NCBI GenBank assembly: GCA_951406725.2
Contig: OX597815.1
Span: forward strand, 140,988,001-141,052,000
Direction of reading: 5' to 3'
DNA: 64,000 nucleotides
Origin: Octopus vulgaris
Taxonomy: Eukaryota
Shown: in pieces, positions 15,800 to 29,274 of the stretch
Layout of the letters: each line of letters opens with the position of its first letter
How positions within the stretch are numbered: the first letter of the stretch is position 1
The notes under the pieces: generated by a model
What the model saw: only the letters and a program-made list of their open reading frames with translations
Told to the model about the DNA's origin: nothing
The model's database searches: none
Program-made: the position numbers and the translations under genes

Positions 15800-17725
15800 G
15801 TATCTTTGAGTCGTTCAGAAATTCTGTTATCTTCTCGCTAGTCTACAGAATAGACAGGGACTCCTTGGAGCAGAGATGGTATCGCCTGGCAATTGTATTG
15901 TATGGTTTTGCATCCCTTACTATTAATGCCGTACTTTTATCTTTCTTTAGTCGGCATAGAAAATCTGTCAAATATGTTCAATGTTTCTTATTGATTGTCT
16001 TAAAGCTGGCAACATAGTTACGATAACGATTTTTGAATGAATCGGTCGTCTGCCCAATGTAAACATAAGGACATTCCTTTGTGAACGGTATATTTATATA
16101 CAAGATTTGTACTCATAAAGAGATTCATAAAAGGTAATTTTGATTTATCTCTGCATGAGCATTTATCGTATTTATTTGTATATAAGGCAGTCCTGACTCC
16201 ATTAACCAGCGTTGTTACCGTGCTAGCTGCACCGTGAGTATTTCTACTACTGCAAATTGGTCGTTGTTGGTGTTTATCAATGCGGTTTACATCTCCTTCA
16301 TTGGTATTTAGATGCTAGATTCGCTAGATTCAATAGGTGGGTTATTGAACTTTTACCACATTTTACTATTGTTTATGCGATGCATAAGCTACTCTAAATT
16401 AGCAGAGTTGGCGTAGGATACCTTAGGGCGTGTCGATTTAAAATAGCATGGTACCGATTAGATGCTTGTCCAAAACATCAAAAAATTTTCTAGCGATCTT
16501 GTTGAAACATGCAAACCGAAAATTGGGTTGAACCAGAGGACATCCCGATTCCTATATCTGTTTTAGGCTTATTTGATCGAGTTTGTTGTACAGGATTGGA
16601 ACAAGCAGTTGAATTATTATATCACCTGTGTCTATGAGTTTTCGTTCGTAGTTCATTGATACGACCCATTCTTTCTGTCCTGTATTCTTATACGGTAACG
16701 TTATGGTGGTATACGATGTGCATCGCAATTCTAGGAATTATCAGTGTTGCTTATGCCTACTTCTTGTATATACTGAATTTTTTCACTATACCCAGCCCTA
16801 GCTAGAGCATCATTATAATAAGATGCATGAGATTGGAAATTTTTATTACAAGCATATAATCTAGAGATTTTTTTGAAATATTCTTAGCTGGTCCTCGTAT
16901 AATCGAGGGTGGATGGTTGGATGCTACGTTGATGTACTTAATATGATCATTTGGCTTATGAAATGGTTCAAATAATCCAGAATCAAGACAGAATGTAGCG
17001 TCAAAAAATTCACTCTACGATAATATTTACCTATAGGAACGTGTAGTCCTAATTTTCTGAAAAGTCTAAAGAAATCGTTCCTATGCCTTTCTAACTATAC
17101 TATTTCTGTCTAGAAAAAATAAGGCGTCATCCCAATATAGACCTCCTGTTATTTCCGGAAAGGAAGACTGAATTAAAGAAAGGGTATATATTCTGACTAT
17201 GCCACTGGCCTGAGCAGAATCATGTGAAACCATTTCTATTTCAAATGCCTTTTCTCTATCTAATCTACTACATAATGACCATCAAAATCTGTTAGAATGG
17301 CTTGCGTGCCAAGTATAATATCTATTTCGCGTCGGGACAAATCGGAATTTTTCATGCTAAAAATCAGGGCTTGATTAAGAACAATCGGATTGATAGTAGC
17401 ATAGTAACTCTCTTTATCTAGTTGCAAGACTTTACTAGTCTTACACATTTCTAGAAGTTTCAACCAGCCAGCCACCTCTTGGTTATCTGACCAGAGGGCT
17501 AATCTGATTTTAGACTTAAGAACGGGTATTAACCTATCAATGATTGTTTTTACTAATAATGCCTATATCGAATTTAGAAGGACAAATCAATCTGAGGGAT
17601 CAATAAATAAGTTAGGTTTATGCTCCTTAAGCAAAATCCGGGGTTTTCGAGGGATGTAGTGTTCGGTTCTATCATCTATAGCTAAATCTCTGACAATTTG
17701 TAGCCCTGTATTGTTAATTCTTTTT
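15800..17725 (-). mobile_element. Old, decayed PLE of the same type as 9510-12805
   Basis: Minus-strand remnants in the expected order: LKEHKPN, LQLDKESYYATI..LNQAL, GGLYWDDAL (about 17122-17146), INVASNHPPSII, LWFNP, KVSYAN, YIGQTTDSFKNRY (about 16020-16061), KPYNTIARRYHLCSKE. Confidence 0.8.
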
Positions 17726-17973
17726 AGTATATATATGTGTGTTTGTATATATATTCTAGATAAGCACCAGTGTAGGAGTGAGTGTGTATAGAATTGATCT
17801 AATGAGAGCGAAATGAAAGAATAGATTTTTTTTCTAGTTCTTGATAGCTGTTTGGTAATCTACGTTTGTTAGGCGACGCTACAACATCTGTTGCACATAT
17901 ATAAACACACTAACACACATGCACACTCAGTCACACGTGCAAACACATACACGCACACACAAACACACAAACA

Positions 17974-18027
<54 letters not shown>

Positions 18028-18356
18028 CCATGCCTATGATTATGCTGTAACATAACGACTGTTACGGCAAGTCAGAACAGCAGACTCTGCTATAAAATAT
18101 CAAATAGTTTTATAATGTAGTCACATACAATTGACTTCCCTCTTCACAAATAGTAGAGTTACCATATATGGAGCGCACTTAGAAATCGAAGATGTATAGA
18201 TAAATGCAAATTCAGTAGAAATATAATAAGATCAAAAAATAATAAAAATTTTAAAGTAGAAAAAATTGAATTTACTTCCTAAATATTTTGTTGACTAAGA
18301 ATGAAGCAAACGAAAAAAATTGAAAATTAAAGCAAATAGAACACATAAGTAAACAA

Positions 18357-18417
<61 letters not shown>

Positions 18418-19486
18418 CGCACACGCACGCACACACAAACACACACACACACACACACACGGACACACACACACACAAACACACACACACGGACACACAA
18501 AAACACACACGCAAACACACACACACACACACACACACATGTATATATATATATATATATATATAATAAAATGTATGGAGGAAAATGAATAGGGGTTTGA
18601 AACAGGATATGACGTTAGGAAGCTCAGTTTCTTAATGACAACGATATCTGTTTTAGTACAGATACTTCGATAAGTTATAAGGGGACCTAAAATATTAGAA
18701 TTTTGGACGCTACTGATTTAAAGGGAAGGATAGATCATTCTAAGCTCAATGGTGATGGTTGCAACACACACACACACACACACACATACACCTCACATAC
18801 ATTTTCTCAGAAATATTCATACACGTACATTCATATGCACATGCTCTCTCACGCACTCACTAATTCGGTGTGGCCAAAACAGTTTATAGCATTGTTTGCG
18901 AATATATACTTTCACATATATTCACACACTTACATACACAGACAATATTCAAGCACATACTCATATCGATGTGTACTCTATTAAACTATGCCCAATCAGT
19001 TCTAAAAAATTAGGATATATTTTACAGTTTTTAATATTATATATGTAAATGGAAACGATAAGTGAGGGTTCAAATATAATAAAATCTCTAATGAAAGGGA
19101 AATGTAAATCAAGAAAATAAGAGGGTAACATATTGAAAGTGAACTGGTTGTATGTTTAGTACACTAAGTTTTGTGCTAATAGCGTACTTATTAGCATAAT
19201 ATATGTAAGACTAGTTGTACATTTGCGGACAACGTAAAACTGATTAATTGGAAAATATTTGCAGCTAATTAACTCATATATCAATGATTTACACTAATTA
19301 TACATATAATTACTATCCCTATGTCGTAGTGCTAAATTGCCAATCTAAATCAACCGAGTCTGAACTGGGACTAAATAAATTAATCAAGGTAGAAGTATGT
19401 ATAAAATAAAAATTATAATTATTCGTCGTCTACTTAGCTAATAAGATTTGATCTACACATTATTTCATATGTTTCTGATACATACG

Positions 19487-19657
19487 TAGGATTGCCTGTG
19501 TAGTAAGTAGCTTGCATACAAACCACATGGTTCCGGGTTCAGTCCCAGTGCGTGGCACCTTGGGCAAGTGTATTCTAATATAGCCTCGGGCCGACCAAGG
19601 CCTTGTGAGTGGATTTGGTAAACAGAAACTGAAAGAAGCCCGTAGTATATATATATG

Positions 19658-19739
<82 letters not shown>

Positions 19740-19993
19740 AGTGTGTGTGTGTGCGTGAGTGTGTGTGTGTGTGTATGTATGTTTGTGTGTTTGTATTTGT
19801 CCCACCCAACTACTCTTGACAACCGATGCTGGTGTGTTCACGTCCCCGTAACTTAGCAGTTGGGCAAAAGGGACCGATAGAATAAGTTCTACTATTACAA
19901 ATAATAAGTCCTGGTGTCGATTTGCTCGACTAAAGGAGGTGCTCCAGCATAGCGACAGTTAAATGACTGAAACAAGTAAAAGAGTAAAGAGTA
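19487..19993 (+). mobile_element. SINE family A, full-length, with internal (TA)n(TG)n and LINE-type tail
   Basis: tRNA-like head (GGTTCAGTCCC), CCTTGGGCAAGTG core, a central microsatellite, and a 3' half ending GGTGCTCCAGCATAGCGACAGTTAAATGACTGAAACAAGTAAAAGAGTAAAGAGTA. Confidence 0.85.
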
Positions 19994-21756
19994 TACAAGT
20001 TATATATGCAAATTTGCTTTGCATATAATAGACCAGGCAATTTCCTACACAATCTTTTTATTTGTAAGCGATAGTTTTACTCTGCAAGTGTAATTACATT
20101 ATTGTGCATCTAAAATTATTTGAGGTAGCACTAATATATACACAAACATTCAGAAGTGTACGTGCGAAGCATTTATGCACAGCAGTCTAACTTAGGCAAT
20201 ATCCAGCAAGTAAACAAAAGCAGCACTTTCTAAAATAGCTAATTCTATTAAGTCGAGTTGATATGGTACGGTTGCTATATAGTGTAATATTAATATTTTC
20301 CTGATAGTTAAAAATCAATGGATTTATGCTATTATTTAGACTGTTAACTGAACGTATTATATGATCAGAAGAGAGACTGCATAATTGTTCGATTTAGCAA
20401 TGCATTGGGCAATATTAGCTATTGTGGAGTAATCAAGATTTACAGAGTGTTCAATATCTTCCGGCACGGGTTATATGTAGGAAAATGCTTGTCCAAATTT
20501 TGAAAAGCTCTGCTGCAGTGTTGGCTGTCAAGATTAATCGAAAAGAAAGTTAAACCAGACACGCTTCTATTACGTAATCATCTATAGTTTTGTTTTATTT
20601 CCCGTATTAATTTGAGCTACGTTATAGCTAACGTGAATAATATCTGCTTTAGTTTCAACAGTTCAATACTTGATTTTATTTCTACTTTCACTCCTAATTG
20701 TTACCAATGTATTTATATCTCTTGGATTAAACTATTTATAATGTTATACCTGCGATTATTAACACACTTTCGTCATAAATAGATAGTTTTATACAAACTG
20801 ATATACAAACAGACACAAAAAAATGTACCAAATTTTAAAAGATCTTATTATTCAGAAAATTGCTCTCAAAGATTATATAAAAAATACTGAGGTCCATATA
20901 TGAATTTGGTTTTGGGCGGTAATATTAAGAATTGTAAATTCTCTAAGCAATATCTTGTCTTATATTTCCTGGAACTTAACTCTATTTTATAATTACATCT
21001 CATAAAGAGCGCCTAATAATCAGGAGTTGCTTTTGCTAAGACGCACAACACCTCTTCTAAGCAATAATTACAAAAATTACAATTTCTATCATACCCGCGG
21101 GTGTATGTGTATACGTGACACTTAAATTTTGTGGAAAATTCCACCAAACACTATTTTGCCAGTTTATGTCCGACAGCCGGTGTGGCAGAATTGAAGACAG
21201 AATTGAAGACAAAATTTGTTGATGAAACTGTGGATCAAAAATTTTTTAACTTTAAAAAAAAAATTTTGTCTTTTTGTCCTTCTCGACTTCTCAACTCAAA
21301 TTGGTTTTTATTTTCCTTCATTGGGAATATGTAACTGTATTAAACATGATGCATTCTTTTGTAAACATTTGGCTTTATTTATTTTTCTGCGATCGAGATC
21401 AATGATGGATTTCTGATGATAATATCTTGATGTTAAACATGGCCGACTTAATCTAGGTATATATTATCATTAAATAAAGTTTTCATAGCAAATAAATTCT
21501 ATGCATAATTCTGAAGAATCGATTATTATGTGTACTTATGACAGCTTATATATATATATATATATATCAATATAATAATGCTTATTAGATTGACTTTAGA
21601 TAAATTAAAATGACTTAATCACTCCATAATCCTTGGTCATAATTGTAAAATCTCAGATAAATGCGTTTTTTCTTTTATAATAAACAATCTTAGTATTAGA
21701 ATATGTCCGGTTCTCTGGACCTTGGATGAGCTTAAAGTAAATACCCAAAATAAATC

Positions 21757-21757
21757 A

Positions 21758-21819
<62 letters not shown>
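21757..21819. repeat. (TCTA)n microsatellite
   Basis: Read directly from the sequence. Confidence 0.95.
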
Positions 21820-21820
<1 letters not shown>

Positions 21821-21984
21821 AATAGCATTGAAAGTAATTTCGAAGTTTCGATCGTGTTTGTGCATATATGTGTGCGGGTGTGCACACAAATATATATATA
21901 TACGTACGTATAGATAATAGAAAATTAACACACACAAACACACACCTCTATGTGTGTGTGTGTGCGTGTCTGTATATATATATA

Positions 21985-22200
21985 TGTGGACTCGTGTGTA
22001 CCGTTGGCGATTTTTTTCCCTTGTCCTTTCCCTTCTCTGGATCGTTCCTTCTCCTATGTTTTTTCGACGAAGAGCATTCCGCTCGAGACATTAAGCCTTC
22101 CTCTCTTTCCTTCTTTCCTGAGCGTTCAATAATAGTATATTTGTTCCACGTCCTCGCGTTGTTGTGCTTTTTTTGTGCTTTCTTGTTTGGATTAAATTTT
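21985..22200 (+). mobile_element. PLE-like module, family H1 (second copy)
   Basis: CGTTGGCGATTTT...TTCGACGAAGAGCATTCCGCTCGAGACATTA...CCTCGCGTTG, flanked by TA repeats. Confidence 0.65.
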
Positions 22201-22216
22201 TTTATATATATATATA

Positions 22217-22285
<69 letters not shown>

Positions 22286-22379
22286 ATATATATAGTTTTG
22301 TTTAAGTATATAGTATATATATATATGTATATATATATATGTATATGAGGAAAAGAAATATATGTTGCAGTGTACATGT

Positions 22380-23725
22380 ATGTTGTGATCTTGAATTGGG
22401 CAGGGGACGTATGGCCAGTGGTCTCAAGTCTTGGATGAACCTTTGAAGCTAATGTTAAGGTCGTTTGGGCAAAGTTGGCGGTATATTCTCCAAATCGTAC
22501 AAATGATGTACCGCTCACGGCGACGCTGGAGGGAGTAAAGTTTCAAGGCTTTAAGGCGATCCCAATAATCGAGAGCAGCCATGCCTTCAATTCGTTTAGT
22601 GAGTGCCCTTTGGGGTGACTCAATTCTGGAGATGTTTTGTCTTGTATGGGGAGACCACAGTGGGCAGCAGTATTCAAGGTGTGGCCGTACAAAGGAGGAA
22701 AAAAGTGGTATGATGACACCTTGTTCTCTGGACCGGAAAGTTCTTAAGATCCAGGAACTCATCCTACGAGCTATATTGACCTTCTTGTTGATGTGTGCAC
22801 TCCAACTGAGATCGTCATCAACAATTACACCCAGGTCTCTGATATTGTTAGAGGCTGTGAGCGGTTCCCCTGAAGGAAGAGAGTATGGTTGTTTTTAGTG
22901 AGGAATTTCTTCCAAAATGCATCAGCTCAAATTTTCCCCCATTCAGTTGCATTTTGTTTCTGTCTGCCCATTGACTCACATCATATAGATCAGACTGGAG
23001 TTGAGTTCGGTCTGCTTCTTCATTGACGATTTTTTGGAGCTTAGTGTCATCAGCAAAAATTTTCACTTTGCAGTAATGTACAACACTGGAAAGGTCGTGT
23101 ATGTAAATTATGAAGAGTCGCGGACCCAAAACAGTCCCCTGTGGAACACCGCTGGTGACTTTTACTGGGCTTGAGTGGACTCCATCAACTACAACATGTT
23201 GTGTTCTATTCAAGCCAGGAAATGACTTAATCCAGTGTAGAACTTTTCCCTGGATTCCAACATTTGCCAATTTTGAGAGTAGGATATTATGGTCTACCCT
23301 GTCGAACGCTTTACTGAAGTCAAGATATATGACGTCAGAGTTCGAACCTGTTCCCAAGGCTTTGAGTATATCTTCAATGTGGTGTAAGAGCTGTGTTAGA
23401 CAGTCCCTGCCACAGCGAAAGCCATGCTGATTTGCATTTAGGAGTTTGTGGGTCTCCAGGAAGTCAGCTATCCTTGATCTTAACACTCTTTCAAACACTT
23501 TAATGATGTGGGAGGTGAGTGAGATTGGGCGATAGTTGACTGCGAGGGGATCTGTTTCCCTGTTTGAAAACCGGGATGACCGACTGGGATAGAAACTGTT
23601 TCGGTATATAACCTGCGTCTAACGAATTTCTCCAGAGGTTGGTCAGAGGGACTGCAAGTTGGTGTCTACATTCCTTCAGGAGACTAGCGGAGAATCTATC
23701 AGGGCCTACAGCAGAGTAATATTTG
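22380..23725 (-). mobile_element. CR1-group LINE internal RT fragment, truncated at both ends and frameshifted
   Basis: Motifs AVGPD, NQHGFR, YLDFSKAFDRV, GVPQGTVLGP, IFADD, RPHLEYCCPLWSP and LYSLQRRRERY. Related to, but diverged from, the LINE at 2948. Confidence 0.92.
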
Positions 23726-24024
23726 ACTTGCATTCGTTCTGGATATGTTATTAAATAAATAATTTTTCGAATTTGAAGCTACCTCACAACATAACAATCT
23801 ATAATTCAAGCGACATCCTTTGCGTAAGGTGCTGAAAACAGTAAATATTCAGGTAATTAGTTATGTAATATGTCACATAAAATGAAAATTATGTCTAAAA
23901 GGCAATTATAGGTGTTAAATTTAATATGCATGATTGAAACTCTTGATTTTCAGTTGTCAAAGCCAGTTACCGTATATTTCTATCTATCTATATGCCCGTC
24001 TATCTCTTTATCTATCTATCTATA

Positions 24025-24105
<81 letters not shown>

Positions 24106-24251
24106 GTATATGTGTATATGTGTATGTGTATGTATACACACACACACATATATATATATATATATGTATGTATGTATGTATGTATATATATATGTATGTA
24201 TGTATGCATGTATCAATGTAATTTCATGCAAACGCACAAACACACGCACAT

Positions 24252-24342
<91 letters not shown>

Positions 24343-24361
24343 CATAATACACCCGCATATA

Positions 24362-24615
24362 TATATAGTTGAAATTTACAGAAAAAGACTAGACGAAGAC
24401 ATTTGTATAAAGAACGAACTGGTGTATTAGTTTTACGCTCTGGAATGTGAGAAAGTCTTTTCTTTTTCGAGACTACACTCTTCAACAAGAGAGTAACACG
24501 TTGAAAAATTTGGGATAGAGAAAGGCAAAGTAATGACGTACAGAGTATAAAAGTTTTAAAAAATCCAAAAGACGTGAGAAGAAAATGAAGAGAAATAAAA
24601 AAAAAATGGAAAATT
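24362..24615 (-). mobile_element. PLE-like module, family H2 (second copy)
   Basis: Reverse complement CTTGTTGAAGAGTGTAGTCTCGAAAAAGAAAAGACTTTCTCACATTCCAGAGCGTAAAACTAATACACC aligns with 13707-13775. (TA)n on both sides. Confidence 0.65.
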
Positions 24616-25382
24616 ATATATATATATATACATACATATATGTACATGCAAAATACAGTGAACAAACCGCTCGAATATTTCCCCTCCTTAAGTTAATTGC
24701 ATCTCGTCTCAGAACAACATTTTGGTAGCAATAAAATTCCACTTTTATTGTAATTTTCTTAAAATACTGCAAAAGCATAGTTGCATTATATTACGTGTAC
24801 AAATGATACAAATGTATGTAAACGGGTAGATACCGTAGCACCAGAAGATGAAACAGTTATTTTTGAAATTTCAGGTTTTAAAAAATATAAATAGGATTGG
24901 GGTAAATGTAAGAAACATGGTGATTAATTACATCAGAATAGACGTGTTTGCTCATTTATCATCCTCTCGTTTCCTTGCATCTAGATTTACCATGATGTAC
25001 AAAACTTTAAGTACAACGATTGGTCTAAATCCGATTTTAATGCTAACATCAAGATAACACATAATATGGCATCCTAACAAACAAAGCACCTTGGGTCATT
25101 AAATTAGAGTTGGGATGATTACATCAATTGCCGGCGTCGTATGAATGACATCAAGATATTATCATCAGAAATCAATCATTGATCTCGATCACAAAAAATA
25201 AATAAATAAAGCCAAATGTTTACAAAAGAATGCATCAAGATTTCTTGACTTCATCTTTGGAAAGATTTCCATGAGGAAGAATATTGTCAAAAGTAAGTTG
25301 AAAACACTGCATACACACGTATGAGCTTCGCACAAGTATTTTATATTCTGTTTTATGAGTAGTCATAGTATATACGTGTATA

Positions 25383-25467
<85 letters not shown>

Positions 25468-25473
<6 letters not shown>

Positions 25474-26298
25474 TAGTAAAGAGTTAAAAATCTACAGAAG
25501 GCTTAAATGTTAAAAAATATATATATTTGCGTCAATATGTCTGAAGAATATTAGGAAATTTTTTAAAAAAAATTTTCTCTTATAATGACATAATTTAAAA
25601 GAAAGACCGGTTTCGCATGTAGCTTTTCAAATTTCTTGCGACGTTATGTTTATGTTGAATAGAGTTATCGTTATGTTTATGTTCAGGAGAGTTCTAAATA
25701 AGGGGAGGTAGTGAGTGATTTCTTCCGGTGTAAGGGAAATAATCGCTTAAAATTTTTTCCTTTCTCTTGGTGTGAATTTCTCTGTATCAGTATGTTCGGA
25801 TGGTTGAGTCTGGGCTTCTACTTTTCAATGAAGAATGTTTCCTTGTTTAGTCTAATTTGTGTTGATGATCCGAAAGCACATTGGTAAAATGGAAAGATTA
25901 AAAATTTACAAGCCCAGACTCAACCATCCGAACATACTGATACAGAGAAATTCACACCAAGGGAAAGGAAAAAAATTTTAAGCGATTATCTCCCTTACAC
26001 CGAAAGAAATCACTCACTACCTCCCCTTATTTAGAAATCTCCTGAACATAAACATAACGATAACTCTATTCAACATAAACATAACGTCGCAAGAAATTTG
26101 AAAAGCTACACGCGAAACCGGTCTTTCTTTTAAATTATGTCATTATAAGAGAAAAATTTTTTAAAAAAATTTCCTAATATTCTTCAGACATATTGACGCA
26201 AATATATATATTTTTTAACATTTAAGCCTTCTGTAGTTTTTTCACTCTTTACTATTTTCTGTATATTCACCCACGTGCTTTCACAAACCAACTTTCTT
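25468..26298. mobile_element. Truncated PLE insertion with inverted pseudo-LTR: arms of about 350 bp (25468-25820 and 25907-26260)
   Basis: The arms are near-identical reverse complements. Spacer plus arm on minus translates KFLIFPFYQCAFGSSTQIRLNKETFFIEK*KPRLN, a GIY-YIG C-terminus. Each arm has GAAATTTGAAAAGCTACA(C/T)GCGAAACCGGTCTTTC. Confidence 0.8.
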
Positions 26299-26384
26299 AT
26301 ATATATATATATATATATATATGATCACAAATTAAAAACAATACTACAGTTGCAGCATTAGGGGTTTCAGGCATTATCGTTCAC

Positions 26385-26905
26385 ACACGTTCAATGTATG
26401 TGCTCTGTTTGTTCGCCGGCTAACTGCCGAATAGTGCCTGGGGAACGACTCACTCATTATTCTTGTTTTCAAAGTACCTGAAAGTCATGCACAGGCAAGA
26501 CGACGAGACTCTGACACCATTCAAGATTAAGGGGTACCGATATTTGTCATTTGTGGCTTATCAATATCACATATCTAAATCGATCCGGGGACGAATCGAA
26601 TCACCAGTCCATGATTCTATATAAGTGGCGTAAAAAACCCACTTGCAGTTATGCCACAACGATGTATACGTTAGATCAAATTCAATAACGCTAGCGTTGT
26701 ACACATTATCTACCGTACATACTCAGTGTATGTGTTTTGTTTGTTCACTGGTTTGTTGCCCTGCATCGCCTGGTGGAAGACTTCCTCATTATTCTGGGTG
26801 TCAAAACAGCTGAAAATCACAGGCAGGCGAGGTAACTTGCCACCGATCTTATTCAGGGAAGATGTATACTGATATCTCATCATTTTTGTGACTTACCAAC
26901 AGCAC
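26385..26905 (+). repeat. Old diverged direct repeat, period about 335 bp
   Basis: TGTATGTGCTCTGTTTGTTCGCCGG...CTCATTATTCTTG...CTGAAAGTCATGCACAGGCAAG recurs as TGTATGTGTTTTGTTTGTTCACTGG...CTCATTATTCTGG...CTGAAAATCACAGGCAGG. Confidence 0.6.
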
Positions 26906-27074
26906 GTCCCTGCATAGAACAGATAGAAAATGTACCAGGTTTCAAAAATAAATAAATAAATAAATGAATAAATGAAAGTACTAGTGCCGATACATTCGAC
27001 TAAAGATTCTTTCAGGTGGTGCCGCAGCATGCCTGTGGTCTAATGACTAGAACAAGTTTAAAGATAACATATAT

Positions 27075-27127
<53 letters not shown>

Positions 27128-27594
27128 TGTGTATAATAAGGAATGGATGAGAAATGGATAGTTATGTATCTTTAAGATTTGTTTGTTAAAATATTTTCTT
27201 CATATTCAATTTGGACGCGTGTCTACGCTGACCTTGTGTCCGTTAATGTATCAGAGACGTAGTTAATTACTGTATGGCTAGTAGGATTAGAAACAATAAT
27301 AAATCTAATGAAGTTTATGTAAGGGAGGAAACTGAGAGCAGAACACATTCCTGTGGATTAAATGAACTGAGCGGCGAATACAATATCTACACTGGTTTGT
27401 ATGTCGGCATTATAGAATCAAAACTGCCGACAAGTTGTATAGTCACCACCCTTAAGCTGTCACTGAATGAGTACATGTAACGATTATTTAAGACTTTCCA
27501 GTACATAGAGAGCAAACCATCGAAGTTAATAAACTGGGTATTGTCGTGAAAGACCAAAACAATAAATTTTGCTTTTTGACACGAATATTGCTTG

Positions 27595-27610
27595 TAATAA
27601 TAATAACAAC

Positions 27611-27695
<85 letters not shown>

Positions 27696-27715
27696 TTAAT
27701 ATTAATAATAATAAT

Positions 27716-27755
<40 letters not shown>

Positions 27756-27935
27756 GTAATAATAATAGTAATAATAATAGTAATAATAGTAATAATAATA
27801 CTAATAATAGTAATAATAATAGTAATAATAATAAGAAGAACAACAACAATAACAACAACAATAACAATAACAATAAGAACAATAACAATAACAACAACAG
27901 TAACAACAACAACAACAATAATAATAATAATAATA
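27595..27935. repeat. (AAT)n/(AAC)n microsatellite
   Basis: Read directly from the sequence. Confidence 0.95.
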
Positions 27936-27939
27936 TCTT

Positions 27940-28290
27940 GGCCAAAGCTAAGAATTTATAGAGATTTCCGAACTGAAGTTGAAAGAATGTGGCAACTCAA
28001 GGCGGTTACAATACTAGAGGGTGTAGGAGCACTACAACCACAAGGAAATGAAGGTTATTTGAGAATGGTGTCTGGCTTACCTTGAAAAAAGTGCGAATCA
28101 TATTGTAAGCTTTATGGTAGTCAATCCAGTCTAATCCAAAATTCGTCCGACAAATGCTGAATGTGTAGTGAGTGAGGTGAAACGGTTGTTAGTGAATACC
28201 CGAAATTGGTACAATCCGATTACAAAAGACGACATGACAACGTAACAAGAATGATCTATTGGGAGCTGTGTGGAAATCATGTCCCAGTGA
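27940..28290 (+). mobile_element. R4/Dong-like (RLE-type) non-LTR retrotransposon fragments
   Basis: KLRIYRDFRTEVERMWQLKAVTILEGVGAL resembles the RLE end K..KY.DL..E..RMW.....P.V.GALG. VVSEYPKLVQSDYKRRHDNVTRMIYWELC resembles the zinc-knuckle-RHD region. Lies directly against (AAT)n. Confidence 0.65.
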
Positions 28291-28334
28291 AATCAGGATC
28301 AATGAGAAGGAAGAAGAAAAACTGAACAATGATG

Positions 28335-29085
28335 ATTTTAAGTCTGATATAAGCCTCCTTCTTACCTCATTATCTTGTGTACCTGTCTATGAATGAGGAT
28401 AAGTAAAAAAAATAATTCGCATTCTTGTTGGTTTTCACCTTTGATTAATAATGTTGTGTCTCAAAAGTCGATTAGTATGAATTGTTCAGCGAAAAGTGTC
28501 TTGTATTACATTTACGCATGCAATCCTGAGAGTTTCCACTCCATACCCTACCTTTTAGATTGTCGGTCAAATTAGTGGACACAGCTCTCATCTCCTATGA
28601 CTATTCTCTTAAAAAGTTCTTCACCTTCAATGTCGTAATGGTTGAGTAAGCTTGATTTTATATGCTTCAGTAAGTTCTGTTGGCGCCCATCTAATAAAAA
28701 CTACGAAAGCGAAGATTGCCGCGGAAGATTTCCAATGCAGAACAAAAACTAATTTGTGTAGAACATACTACCACATCAATGATTACTCTCCGGTTTGCCA
28801 GAACCATCCCTTCATGCCCCAGAGTTTTCAGGCCATTTTAAAACTTTTTGATCAACTATATCCACTGTAGACTGCTCTTTCCTTGTAGAACAGAATGTCT
28901 GCAATGATCTTTAGCTTCTGACTCATCTTCAGACCAGCGAAATGGGATCACTGATCTCTGCTTTTCATTGCGGCAAACTACAAGCGGAACTGCGATGTTT
29001 ACTCTGTAACACAACAAAACGAAAAACCAGATCCTAAATACAGTTTTGCCATAAGTGCCTATAACTTTTTACCCTCCTTTGTATG
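28335..29085 (-). mobile_element. Decayed Tc1/mariner (mariner-type) transposon, 5' portion
   Basis: Minus-strand remnants EKQRSVIPFRWSEDESEA (HTH start), FKRIVIGDESCVH (first catalytic Asp, 28587-28595) and MEWK. Confidence 0.75.
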
Positions 29086-29119
29086 TATGTATATATGTAT
29101 GCATGCATGGTATACGTAT

Positions 29120-29263
29120 ATAGGTAGGTAGGTAAGTCAGTAGGTAGATAGGTAGGTAGGTAGGTAGGTAGGTAGGGAAGTATGTAGGTAGGTAGGTAGG
29201 TAGGTAGGTAGGTAGGTAGGTAGGTAGGTAGGTAGGTAGGTAGGTAGGTAAGTGGGTAGGTAG
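29120..29263. repeat. (TAGG)n microsatellite
   Basis: Read directly from the sequence. Confidence 0.95.
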
Positions 29264-29274
29264 GAAAAGACATT

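Noticed and set aside
27526-27961. Poly-L, poly-I and poly-N ORFs
   Set aside because: They are translations of the (AAT)n microsatellite.
29120-29263. (TAGG)n as an interstitial telomere
   Set aside because: The unit is the tetramer TAGG, not TTAGGG or TTAGG.
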